Part shown: positions 18,232 to 27,561 of the stretch, in pieces
How positions within the stretch are numbered: position 1 is the stretch's first letter
Layout of the letters: the number at the start of each line of letters is the position of its first letter
Made by a program: the position numbers and the translations under genes
Notes under the pieces: model-generated
Database searches by the model: none
The model's input: only the letters and a program-made list of their open reading frames with translations
Told to the model about the DNA's origin: nothing
From: Candidatus Nitrospinota bacterium M3_3B_026
GTDB taxonomy: Bacteria; Nitrospinota_A; UBA7883; JBPRGF01
NCBI GenBank assembly: GCA_051418015.1
Contig: JBPRGF010000033.1
Span: 384,001 to 448,000 of the forward strand
Direction: 5' to 3'
Length of the DNA stretch: 64,000 nt

Positions 18232-19359
18232 ATGAAAATACCTTTTACCGACATCAAGGCGCAATTCGCGAGGGTCGAGAAGAACGTCCGCGAGAGAGTC
18301 GACCGGGTTTTCGAGCACGGGCGGTTCATCCTCGGGCCCGAAGTCTTCGAGCTGGAAGAGAAGCTTGCCGATTACGCCGGTGTGAAGCGCGCCGTGGCCT
18401 GTTCTTCGGGAACCGACGCGCTGCTCCTGCCGCTGATGGCCATCGGCGCAGGGCCGGGCGACGCTGTGTTTTGCCCGGTGTTCACCTTCATCGCCACGGC
18501 GGAGGCGGCAGCCCTGACAGGCGCCACTCCGGTCTTCGTCGATATCGACCCGGACACCTTCAACATCGACCCCGGGAAGCTGGCCGAAGCCGTGGACAGG
18601 GTGAAAAGGGAGGGAAAGCTTGCGCCCAGGGCGGTGATCCCCGTGGACCTTTTCGGCCTGCCGGCCGACTACGATGCCATCGCGCAGGTGGCGAGGGAGA
18701 CCGGGCTTTTCGTTCTGGCGGACGCGGCGCAAAGCTTCGGCGGCGTTTATAAGGGAAAGCGGGCCGGAAGCCTTGGGGACGCCGCGGCGACGAGCTTTTT
18801 CCCCGCCAAGCCGCTCGGATGCTACGGCGACGGGGGGGCGGTTTTCACCGACGATGACAAGCTGGCCGACAGGCTTGTCTCCATCCGCGTCCACGGCCAG
18901 GGAGAGAACAAGTACGACAACGTGAGGCTCGGCCTCAACGCCAGGCTGGACACCATACAGGCGGCCGTGCTGCTGGCCAGGCTGGAGGTTTTCGACGACG
19001 AGGTGGAAAAACGCCGCGAGGTGGCGGACCGCTACACGGAGGCCCTGGGGGACGCCGTGAAAACGCCCTCCGTCCCCGGCGGTCTGAAGAGCGCCTGGGC
19101 GCAGTATTCGGTCCTGTCCGGGCGGCGGGACGAGATGACGGATAACCTTGCGCGGGAAGGGATACCAACCGCGATCTACTATCCGAAACCTTTAAGTCTC
19201 CAAAAAGCTTTCGAGCGGCTGGGGCGCCGTGAGGGCGATTTCCCGGTGGCCGAGGCGACGTCGAAAAATATCCTCAGCCTGCCCATGAGCCCTTACATGG
19301 CGAAGGAGACTATAGACGTCATCGCGGACGCCGTAAGGAGGGCCGCCCGCGCGGGATGA
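18232..19359 (+). CDS. DegT/DnrJ/EryC1/StrS aminotransferase (WbpE-like)
   Basis: SSGTDAL, DAAQSFG, SFFPAKPLGCYGDGG, NARLDTIQAA. Confidence 0.93.
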   Translation: MKIPFTDIKAQFARVEKNVRERVDRVFEHGRFILGPEVFELEEKLADYAGVKRAVACSSGTDALLLPLMAIGAGPGDAVFCPVFTFIATAEAAALTGATPVFVDIDPDTFNIDPGKLAEAVDRVKREGKLAPRAVIPVDLFGLPADYDAIAQVARETGLFVLADAAQSFGGVYKGKRAGSLGDAAATSFFPAKPLGCYGDGGAVFTDDDKLADRLVSIRVHGQGENKYDNVRLGLNARLDTIQAAVLLARLEVFDDEVEKRREVADRYTEALGDAVKTPSVPGGLKSAWAQYSVLSGRRDEMTDNLAREGIPTAIYYPKPLSLQKAFERLGRREGDFPVAEATSKNILSLPMSPYMAKETIDVIADAVRRAARAG

Positions 19360-19377
19360 CGCGCCTCCGGCTGGCGG

Positions 19378-19995
19378 TTATTCGCCTTTGAGCTTCGCGC
19401 CCAGGATACTCCTGGACCTCAAAAGCTCCACGACCATGTCCGCGCATTCGTCAACCGTCAGCTTGTCCGTATCCAGGACCAGCTCCGGCTTCAGGGGCTC
19501 TTCGTATGGGGAGGATATGCCGGTGAATTCCGATATCTCGCCTGCGCGGGCGCGTTTGTACAACCCCTTGACATCCCTTTTTTCACAGACTTCCAGAGGA
19601 CAGCGGCAATAGACCTCGAAAAACTCCCCGTGGGGAACCATGCTTCTCACTCTCTCCCTGTCCGAGCGATAAGGGGAGATGAAAGAAGCGAAGGTCAGCA
19701 CACCCGCCTCAAGGAAAAGCTTGGCCCCCTCCCCAATGCGCCTGAGGTTCTCGTGACGGTCCTCGGCTGTGAAACCGAGGTCCGAGCAAAGCCCGTGGCG
19801 GACATTGTCGCCGTCCATGACGAAGGTATGGCAGCCCATCTTGTGGAGCTTCTCCTCCGTGGCGTGGGATATTGTGGATTTGCCCGCCCCGGAAAGGCCA
19901 GTAAGCCACACTATCGCGCTCTTGTGCCCGTGCAGGTTTTCCCTGTCTTCGCGTTTCACCGTGGCGTGATGCCAGACCGTGTTTTCGCTCGCCAC
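19378..19995 (-). CDS. cysC: Adenylyl-sulfate kinase
   Basis: WLTGLSGAGKST, DGDNVRHGL, RDVKGLY, FTGISSPYE. Confidence 0.97.
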   Translation of the reverse strand: MASENTVWHHATVKREDRENLHGHKSAIVWLTGLSGAGKSTISHATEEKLHKMGCHTFVMDGDNVRHGLCSDLGFTAEDRHENLRRIGEGAKLFLEAGVLTFASFISPYRSDRERVRSMVPHGEFFEVYCRCPLEVCEKRDVKGLYKRARAGEISEFTGISSPYEEPLKPELVLDTDKLTVDECADMVVELLRSRSILGAKLKGE

Positions 19996-20067
19996 CTGAT
20001 AAATCTCCCAGCAATTGAAGGTTTGCGATGCTGTAAATCAGCATAATTCAAAAGGTTAGGTCGGGCA

Positions 20068-20097
20068 AGGATAGCACGGTCCCGGCGAGGGTGTCAA
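20068..20097 (-). promoter_or_regulatory. Sigma70-type promoter for cysC
   Basis: TTGACA-18 nt-TATCCT with TGn extended -10. Confidence 0.5.
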
Positions 20098-20120
20098 CAT
20101 TTTACCCCCTTTGCTCCGGG

Positions 20121-20148
20121 CGTTCGTCCCGGCGGGCCGGGACGAACG
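20121..20148. other. Perfect 13-bp inverted repeat directly after the msrB stop
   Basis: CGTTCGTCCCGGC-gg-GCCGGGACGAACG; no U tract, so terminator versus stabilising hairpin is unresolved. Confidence 0.55.
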
Positions 20149-20664
20149 TCACTCCCGCCCTTCGTCCCCGCCGGGGATGAACCGCAGGGCGACGCCGTTG
20201 TTGCAGTAGCGTTTGCCCGTGGGAGGCGGGCCATCGTTGAACACGTGCCCCTGGTGGCCGCCGCAACGGGCGCAGTGATACTCCCTCCGGGGGTATATCA
20301 GCTTGAAGTCGAGCCTGGTCTCCACGTTGCCCTCGACGGCCCTGAAAAAGCTCGGCCACCCGGTTCCGCTGTCATACTTCATCTCCGAGGTGAAAAGCTC
20401 CAGACCGCAGGCGGCGCAGACGTAGATACCTTCTCGTTTTTCGTCGTGAAGCGGGCTAGAAAAAGCCCTCTCCGTCCCCTCTTCGCGCAGGACATGATAC
20501 TGCTCGGGGGTCAGTATCTTTTTCCATTCCTCGTCCGTCTTGCGGATTCTTGTTATCATCCGGCCCTCGCCTTCATTTTCCGCCATGGAGCCCCCGGCCG
20601 TCATGACGACCAGCCCTGACCCCAATGCTACCAGAAAAGCTCTTCTATTCATCATGGCCGTCAC
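20149..20664 (-). CDS. msrB: Peptide-methionine (R)-S-oxide reductase with Tat-like signal
   Basis: GTERAF, CAAC, SGTGWPSF, CARC, GHVFNDGP, RYCNN; NRRAFL N-terminus. Confidence 0.95.
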   Translation of the reverse strand: MTAMMNRRAFLVALGSGLVVMTAGGSMAENEGEGRMITRIRKTDEEWKKILTPEQYHVLREEGTERAFSSPLHDEKREGIYVCAACGLELFTSEMKYDSGTGWPSFFRAVEGNVETRLDFKLIYPRREYHCARCGGHQGHVFNDGPPPTGKRYCNNGVALRFIPGGDEGRE

Positions 20665-21283
20665 TCCCCCACAACTCCCGCAGTCGCTTGTCGCGCCCGC
20701 AGTTGTAGCGGTAGAACTTGTAGCGTATCGGATTTTTCCTGTAATAGTCCTGGTGATAATCCTCGGCGGGATAAAACTCCGTGGCGGGCCTGATTTCGGT
20801 CACTGTCGGCGCCGCGAGGACGCCCGACTCCTCCAGCGTTTTTTTTGACTCTTCGGCCAGCCGCTTCTGGTCTTCGTCCATGTAAAAAATCGCAGAGCGG
20901 TACTGCGGCCCGTGGTCGCAGAACTGCCCGGAGTTGTCAGTAGGGTCTATGTTTTTCCAGAAAACCTCCAGCAGACGCTCGTAGCTTGTCTTTTGGGGGT
21001 CGTAAACAATCCTGACGGCCTCCACATGCCCCGTGCCGCCGGACGACACTTCGCGGTAGGTGGGGTTTTCCTTGTGGCCGCCCGTGTACCCGGAAGTGGT
21101 GGAGACAACGCCCTCCAGCTTGTCGAAGGGAGGCTCCATGCACCAGAAACAGCCTCCAGCGAATATCGCCGTCTCGGAGTCCATCGCGTCAGCCTCTTGC
21201 AGGACGCCTCCGGCCGCAACCAGCATTGCCATCATGAAGCCGACCACGGCCGATCCCGCCCGGCCCGGAGTTCGATAATCCAT
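20645..21283 (-). CDS. msrA: Peptide-methionine (S)-S-oxide reductase with Sec-like signal
   Basis: FAGGCFWC, GYTGG, AEDYHQDYY; hydrophobic N-terminus ending EADA. Confidence 0.95.
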   Translation of the reverse strand: MDYRTPGRAGSAVVGFMMAMLVAAGGVLQEADAMDSETAIFAGGCFWCMEPPFDKLEGVVSTTSGYTGGHKENPTYREVSSGGTGHVEAVRIVYDPQKTSYERLLEVFWKNIDPTDNSGQFCDHGPQYRSAIFYMDEDQKRLAEESKKTLEESGVLAAPTVTEIRPATEFYPAEDYHQDYYRKNPIRYKFYRYNCGRDKRLRELWGSDGHDE

Positions 21284-21494
21284 TCTTCACTCCCTTTTTC
21301 ATTATACCCCACGCTGTTTTTCAGTTGTTCTTTGTTTCAGCCGAAACGCGCGCAATGAAAACATGCCTGTCCCGGCCCGATAGCCGAATCCAGAAGACTT
21401 TCCCAGAGTGGGGAATTGCGGGATTTGGGGCAAGCGAGGACAAGATTCCGTTGCCATATTACTTTAACTTCGGCGGGATTATTCGTTGAAAAAA

Positions 21495-21570
21495 TGGCGC
21501 CCCCGGCAGGACTCGAACCTGCGGCCTACGGATTAGGAATCCGGCGCTCTATCCACTGAGCTACGGGGGC
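21495..21570 (-). tRNA. tRNA-Arg (anticodon CCT)
   Basis: GCCCCCG acceptor stem, TAGCTCAGTGGATAGAGC D arm, TT-CCT-AA loop, GGTTCGAGTCC T arm, encoded CCA; 76 nt. Confidence 0.96.
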
Positions 21571-21617
21571 TCCCGATTGACCGCCTAATATATCATGCCT
21601 TTGCACACTCTTCACTA

Positions 21618-21995
21618 TCATACTGCGGCTTTCAGCATCACGAGTGCGGGATTTTTGCGGGACTCATCCCCGCACACCTTGCCCGTAGCGGCGATCAGGT
21701 TCCCGAGCTCCGCCGCCGAGTAGTAGGTCGTAACCCTCGTCGATACGTGCCCGAGCAGATCCTGCCGATCCTCGAACGATACACCAGCGGCCCGCGCAGC
21801 CTTCGCCCGAACGTGCGCCTGAGGCCGTGCACGCGCGTTTTCGGCAATCCCGCCACTTCACGAGCCCTTTTCCTCGCGCTGTTGTTCATCCGGCCAGCGG
21901 GCTGCCGCGATACGTGAAAACATACTCAGTATGCTCGCCTCGCACACCCCCGGCAACCTCCCGCGCGACGTGGTTGAGAACAACGAGCCGGGGAC
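21618..21995 (-). pseudogene. Tyrosine integrase C-terminal remnant with two frameshifts
   Basis: Joined frames read RLVVLNHVAR..EYVFTYRG / MNNSARKRAR..AGLP..RVHGLRRTFGRRL / RAAGVSFEDRQDLLGH..RVTTYYSAAEL; HxLRH box decayed to HGLRR. Confidence 0.85.
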
Positions 21996-22099
21996 GCGCT
22001 GGCGGTGGATGTTTCGTCCTCCCGGCGTCCTGTGCCAAAGGCGTGAATTTACGTTATAATCCTGCCTCTGGTAAATCCATCATGCTCCGGTAAGAAAAA

Positions 22100-23908
22100 A
22101 TGAAGCGTTCCGAGGACATCCCCGCCCTGCTCAGATTCCTGGCCGCCCCTCTTGCTGTCATTTTCCTGTACCTGTCCGCTCGCTGGACAATAAAGCCGGA
22201 GGGGTTTTTCGCAGCCATCCTCGACGCAGCGCTGGTGTTCGGGTTGATCGGGGGAGTCCTCGCCTCCTGGAGGCTCCGCATCAGGCCCGTGACGGACAGG
22301 ATACAAGAGCATGTTGAAAATCTGGCCAGGCCGCGCGCCTACCTGGACAAGCCACTGGAGAATCCCGGCGGCGAGCTTTCTTCCGTCGTGGACGCCGTGA
22401 ACAGCCTGCAACGGCTCATAAACGACACCAACACCAGGATAAGCTCGGCTGTCATGCGTTTTTTGCCGAAGCTTCTGGGGATGGCGTTGCTTATCGATGA
22501 GCGGGCGGCGGACTCCGCCAAGGAGCGCGACGAGGCGATGACCCTATCCTCGGCGGCGGAGCAGATGACCAACACCATGACGACGATAGCCGAGCACGTC
22601 AAAAGCGCCGAGAAAGCCGCCGAAAGCTCACACAGGAACATACTTGCCACGCTGGAGGAGTTTTCGGAGTGCAAGACACGCGTGAGAGGATCCATGGAGG
22701 GGATGGCCGAGATGTCCGAAAGCGTGCGCGATGTCACGAAAAACGCCGAGGCCATAACGGAGGTGGTGGAGATCATAGAAGACCTGGCCGACCAGACGAA
22801 CCTGCTGGCGCTGAACGCCTCCATAGAGGCCTCCCGCGCGGGCGAATGGGGCAAAGGATTCGCCGTGGTGGCCGAGGAGATCAGGAAACTGGCCGAAAAG
22901 GCCACGAACTCCGCCGGACTCATAAGGGAGATCGTCCTGGAAAGCGAGGAGCGGATCCAGGGTATGGCCGGAAGGTTCGACGAGTTCACCACCGGGTTGA
23001 GGGAGACGCTGGAGAGTTTTTCGAGGGTAGGCGCCCTGCTGGACGAGACGGCGAAGGTGGTGACCTCGGTCAACGACATGTCACAGTCCGTGCGAAGCGC
23101 GGTGACCGAGCAGAACAGGACCAGCGATTACCTGAACCAGATGCGCTCCAGGATGCGCGCGCGGATTGACTACGCCGCCGCGAGGATGGAGACGTTGCGC
23201 GAGTCGCTGAGGGAGACCGCCACGGTGGTCAGCGAAATGGGCGCGAAGACCATCCTCCTGCACTCCGGCGCCAGCTACCTTTCGCGCCTGGCTGAGGTCA
23301 GCGAGCACTACGGGAAGAAGGTGGCCGAACAGGTGGAAAAGCAGGTCCGGGAAGGCGCCGTGAACGTCGAGGACCTGCGGCGATCGCCGGGGACGACCGT
23401 ACAGGTGGGACAGAAAGACCACTTCCCCTCGCGCTACCGCGTTGTGGAGAAGGGGGAGCTGCGGGGAACTCCGGTCGTCGAGACGCCGTGGTACAAGGCT
23501 TTCGGGGAGTTTTTACCATCGATCAACAGGTCGGCGATGGCGGAGCTGGAGAAAAACCATTCCAGGCCCAAGGTGAACGGAGCCGAGATGCGCATAAAGT
23601 TTCTCTTCGCCCTCTTCTGCGACGTGAACGGCTACGTCCCCTACAACGTGGACCGCTACGAGCTGCCCATGGACCCTGCCACCCCGCCGGAGGAGAACGC
23701 CAGGCGCTACCGGGGGCGCAGGATTTTCAACGACCCCGTAGGGTACATGGCCGGAGCCTCCACAGAGCCTGTCCGGCTGGATATATACTTCCGCGAGGAC
23801 ACCGGCGAGATACTGCCCCACGTCTCCACGCCGGTTTTCATAAACATCGACGCAGAGAGGATACACATCGGCGGATTCCGGATCGGCTTCAAGGCGGCGG
23901 AGGCTTGA
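22100..23908 (+). CDS. Methyl-accepting chemotaxis protein with C-terminal extra domain
   Basis: Two N-terminal TMs, HAMP-like linker, [38 protein letters not shown]. Confidence 0.93.
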   Translation: MKRSEDIPALLRFLAAPLAVIFLYLSARWTIKPEGFFAAILDAALVFGLIGGVLASWRLRIRPVTDRIQEHVENLARPRAYLDKPLENPGGELSSVVDAVNSLQRLINDTNTRISSAVMRFLPKLLGMALLIDERAADSAKERDEAMTLSSAAEQMTNTMTTIAEHVKSAEKAAESSHRNILATLEEFSECKTRVRGSMEGMAEMSESVRDVTKNAEAITEVVEIIEDLADQTNLLALNASIEASRAGEWGKGFAVVAEEIRKLAEKATNSAGLIREIVLESEERIQGMAGRFDEFTTGLRETLESFSRVGALLDETAKVVTSVNDMSQSVRSAVTEQNRTSDYLNQMRSRMRARIDYAAARMETLRESLRETATVVSEMGAKTILLHSGASYLSRLAEVSEHYGKKVAEQVEKQVREGAVNVEDLRRSPGTTVQVGQKDHFPSRYRVVEKGELRGTPVVETPWYKAFGEFLPSINRSAMAELEKNHSRPKVNGAEMRIKFLFALFCDVNGYVPYNVDRYELPMDPATPPEENARRYRGRRIFNDPVGYMAGASTEPVRLDIYFREDTGEILPHVSTPVFINIDAERIHIGGFRIGFKAAEA

Positions 23909-23964
23909 GCCCCCGCGTTCAATACGTCTTGACCGGGCTTTTCACGCCCTGTATCGTAGCTTTC

Positions 23965-24348
23965 ATGAACATACGCGAGCTCCGGGAAAAACACCGGCTG
24001 GACACAAAACAGCTCGGCCAGCTAATGCGCGGGCTGGACTCCATGCGCAAAAGCGGCAACCGCGCGCCGGACTTCTGGGACGACGTGGGCGCCCTTTTCC
24101 GGGAAAAATATCCCGGCTCCAGCGAGGAGCGCGAAGCGAAGCAGGCGTGGTTCGAAGACATACTGAAGTTCATCCAGCGCCACGGCAGGAGCCTGATCGA
24201 AGCGGACTATATACGCTCCGACGAGGGCACGGTCTCGATCAACGAAGACCTCATGGGCGCCCTCGTGAACGCGAGGCTGCGGGATGAGCCGGACGAGGAA
24301 GGAGTCCGGCTCGATGGAAAATCCGTCCTGGAAAAACTCGCCGACTGA
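23965..24348 (+). CDS. Hypothetical protein (127 aa)
   Basis: ATG preceded by TTGACC-17-TATCGT; fills the gap between the MCP and aconitase. Confidence 0.7.
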   Translation: MNIRELREKHRLDTKQLGQLMRGLDSMRKSGNRAPDFWDDVGALFREKYPGSSEEREAKQAWFEDILKFIQRHGRSLIEADYIRSDEGTVSINEDLMGALVNARLRDEPDEEGVRLDGKSVLEKLAD

Positions 24349-24436
24349 CAGCCACTGTTTCTTGACCGGCCGCCCCGGCCGTGGATAAACTGTCCTGACC
24401 TAGCAAGGTCAACGAAAACGAGAATGAGGCCCGGCC

Positions 24437-26710
24437 ATGAGCAAGAGCATAGAGCTGACCCCCGAGCTTGTCGACAAGGTATATACCCGTATGGAGCAGA
24501 CCCTTTCGCTCGTCCGCTCCCGCCTGAACAGGCCCATGACCCTGGCGGAGAAAATCCTGCTGGGCCACCTGGAGAACCCTGAAGGCCAGGAGCTTAGAAG
24601 AGGCGAAAGCTACCTGAAGCTGCGGCCCGACCGGGTGATAATGCAGGACGCCACGGCGCAGATGGCCCTGTTGCAGTTCATCAGCGCCGGGATACCCGAG
24701 GCCGCCGTCCCCGCCACGGTTCATTGCGACCATCTCGTCCGCGCCCGCGAAGGCGCCGCGAAAGATCTTGCGGCGGCGAACACGGACAACGCCGAGGTCT
24801 ACGAGTTTTTAAGGACCGTATCGGCCAAGTACGGCATCGGCTTCTGGAAGCCCGGCTCCGGGATCATCCACCAGGTGGCCCTGGAGCGCTACGCCTTTCC
24901 CGGGCAGATGATGATCGGGACGGATTCGCACACCGTCAACGCCGGAGGCATGGGGATGATCGCCATTGGCGTCGGCGGCGCTGACGCTGTGGATGTCCTC
25001 GTGGGGATGCCATGGGAGGTGCTCTTCCCGAGGGTCATCGGTGTGAAGCTCACCGGCAAGCTGCAGGGCTGGGCCGCGCCGAAGGACGTGATCCTCAAGC
25101 TGGCCGGTATTCTCTCCGCCAAGGGCGGCACGAACCATATCGTGGAGTATTTCGGGCCGGGGGCGGAGTCGATCTCATGCACGGGCAAGGCGACGATCGC
25201 CAACATGGGCGCGGAGATCGGCGCGACGACATCGATATTTCCATACGACGAGAGGATGAAAACCTACCTCGACGCCACGGGCCGGGCGTTCTGCTCGGAA
25301 AAAGCGGACGAGATAGCCCACCTCCTGCGAGCCGACGAGGAGGTTGAGGCCGGCCCGGAGAAGTTTTATGACAGGGTGATAGAGATGGACCTTCACGAGC
25401 TGGAGCCGAACATCGTCGGCCCCCACTCGCCGGACATCGCCCACCCGGTCTCCCGCATGGCCGAGGACTCGGAAAAGGAGGGCTACCCGGAAAAGATCAC
25501 CGCCGCGCTGATCGGCTCGTGCACGAACTCCTCCTACGAGGACATCACGAGGGCCGCCGACGTAGCCCGCCAGGCGGCGGAGCGCGGAGTGAAAATGAGC
25601 ATACCCTTCCTTATAACCCCAGGCTCGCAGATGATAAAAGCCACAATCGAGCGCGACGGTCTCATGGAAGACTTCGAGAAAATCGGCGGCAGGGTCCTGG
25701 CGAACGCCTGCGGGCCATGCATCGGCCAATGGACACGCGAGGACGTGAAAAAAGACGAGCTGAATTCGATAATCACGTCGTTCAACAGGAATTTCCCGAA
25801 ACGCAACGACGGCAACCCCAAGACCCATGCCTTCATCGGCAGCCCGGAGATCGTCGTAGCTTACGGCCTGGCGGGAACGCTCAAGTTCAACCCGCTCGAA
25901 GATGAAATAAAGGCGGACGGCGCCTCCTTTGTCCTGAACCCGCCGCCGCCGGCGCCGGAGATACCGCCCGGAGGTTTTGTGATGGACGAGGAGGGGTATA
26001 TCCCCCCCGCCGACGACCCGGGCTCCGTATCTGTCGCAGTCAACCCGGAAAGCGAAAGGCTCCATATCCTGGAGCCCTTCGAGCCGTGGGACGGGAAGGA
26101 TTTCGAGGATCTGCCCATATTGCTGAAGGCGAAGGGTAAATGCACGACGGATCACATAAGCCCCGCCGGGCCGTGGCTCAAGTTCCGCGGCCATCTGGAC
26201 AACATATCGGACAACATGTTCACCGGAGCCATGAACGCCTTCACCGGCGAGACGGGAACGGGGGCCAACGTCATCACCGAAGAGACCGGAAAACCTTTTC
26301 AGGAGATCGCCCGCGACTACAAGTCCAAGGGACAACGCTGGGTGGTGGTCGGCGACGAGAACTACGGCGAAGGCTCCTCCCGGGAGCACGCGGCGATGTC
26401 GCCCCGGTTCCTGGGCGCCGCCGCAGTCCTGGTTCGCTCCTTCGCCCGCATCCACGAGGCGAACCTTAAAAAACAGGGCGTCCTGCCGCTGACCTTCGCC
26501 GACCCGGCGGATTACGACAAGGTGGCCGAGCGCGACAGTGTCTCGATCCGCGGCCTTTCGGAGCTTGCGCCGGGCAGGCCGGTCACCGTGGTGTTGAAGC
26601 ATGAGGACGGCTCGGAAGAGGCCTTCGAGGCCATGCACAGCCTGAACGAGGAGCAGATAGAGTGGTTCAAGGCCGGCTCCGCGCTGAATCGCATCAGGGC
26701 TGCGTCGTAA
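24437..26710 (+). CDS. Aconitate hydratase (short, mitochondrial-like type)
   Basis: [65 protein letters not shown]. Confidence 0.95.
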   Translation: MSKSIELTPELVDKVYTRMEQTLSLVRSRLNRPMTLAEKILLGHLENPEGQELRRGESYLKLRPDRVIMQDATAQMALLQFISAGIPEAAVPATVHCDHLVRAREGAAKDLAAANTDNAEVYEFLRTVSAKYGIGFWKPGSGIIHQVALERYAFPGQMMIGTDSHTVNAGGMGMIAIGVGGADAVDVLVGMPWEVLFPRVIGVKLTGKLQGWAAPKDVILKLAGILSAKGGTNHIVEYFGPGAESISCTGKATIANMGAEIGATTSIFPYDERMKTYLDATGRAFCSEKADEIAHLLRADEEVEAGPEKFYDRVIEMDLHELEPNIVGPHSPDIAHPVSRMAEDSEKEGYPEKITAALIGSCTNSSYEDITRAADVARQAAERGVKMSIPFLITPGSQMIKATIERDGLMEDFEKIGGRVLANACGPCIGQWTREDVKKDELNSIITSFNRNFPKRNDGNPKTHAFIGSPEIVVAYGLAGTLKFNPLEDEIKADGASFVLNPPPPAPEIPPGGFVMDEEGYIPPADDPGSVSVAVNPESERLHILEPFEPWDGKDFEDLPILLKAKGKCTTDHISPAGPWLKFRGHLDNISDNMFTGAMNAFTGETGTGANVITEETGKPFQEIARDYKSKGQRWVVVGDENYGEGSSREHAAMSPRFLGAAAVLVRSFARIHEANLKKQGVLPLTFADPADYDKVAERDSVSIRGLSELAPGRPVTVVLKHEDGSEEAFEAMHSLNEEQIEWFKAGSALNRIRAAS

Positions 26711-26730
26711 ACGCGAGGTATCGCTTCTAA

Positions 26731-27561
26731 GTGACAGCGTCTTCCCTGGACTGGTTTACCAAAAACCGAGTGGAGACCTCGCCCGATCACGAGGATCGGG
26801 CGCTGCGCCCAAGATTTTTCCCTGCGCCGCCGGCCACGGCTCTTGACGCGGCGCGAAGGGCTGCAGAGAGCTTGCCCAGCTGGAAGCTGGCCTCGGCTGA
26901 CAAAGAACGCGTCAGGGCGGAGCGGGCGACGGGCCTTTTCCAGTTTATCGACGACATCGAGATATCCGTCGTTGCCCATCCGGCAGGCGCCATTATCTCC
27001 GCCAGAAGCGGCTCGCGGGTGGGCAAGGGGGACTTCGGCCAGAACAAGCGCAACATCGTGGAGTTGTTCGAGGCTGTCGGCGTCGAGTTGATGGACGAAA
27101 AACCTCCTAAAGGCTACGGTGGTCTCCTCTTCTGCCATTACACGGCCCATCCTTTCGAGAAGACCGCGCCGCTTTTCTTCGATCCGGAGTTTCTCCCTAA
27201 GATATCCCCGTCATGGACGGGTATCAGGATAGTGAGCAAGCCGGATCCCGTGAAGATCGGCGCGCGGATGAGGCTTTCCGTGGCGGGCATGTTCACCTGG
27301 GAGGTTCAGTTCATAGAGTGGAACCCGCCGCGCGCTTTCACCGACAGGCAGGTCAAGGGCCCATTCGAGGATTTTGTCCACCGCCACACCTTCGAGGCAA
27401 AGGCGGGCGGAACCGTGGTCTGCGATCGAGTGCACTACAAACACATGTTCGGCCAACTGGGCGCGGCGGCGGGAAGCTTCCTGACCGGAGGCAGGCTGGC
27501 CGCCCTGCTTGCGCAGAGAGGCGAGATGCTCGACGCTTACCTGGAGAGCGGCGGGATATGA
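26731..27561 (+). CDS. DUF1499-like domain fused to SRPBCC/START-like domain
   Basis: N half: ATGLFQFIDDI..ARSGSRVGKGDFGQNKRN; C half: FTDRQVKGPF..FVHRHTF..GGTVVCDRVHY. Confidence 0.75.
   Translation: MTASSLDWFTKNRVETSPDHEDRALRPRFFPAPPATALDAARRAAESLPSWKLASADKERVRAERATGLFQFIDDIEISVVAHPAGAIISARSGSRVGKGDFGQNKRNIVELFEAVGVELMDEKPPKGYGGLLFCHYTAHPFEKTAPLFFDPEFLPKISPSWTGIRIVSKPDPVKIGARMRLSVAGMFTWEVQFIEWNPPRAFTDRQVKGPFEDFVHRHTFEAKAGGTVVCDRVHYKHMFGQLGAAAGSFLTGGRLAALLAQRGEMLDAYLESGGI

Noticed and set aside
22073..22094. Possible sigma28 promoter before the MCP (TAAA...TCCGGTAA)
   Set aside because: Spacer is about 10 nt rather than 15 and the -10 match is poor
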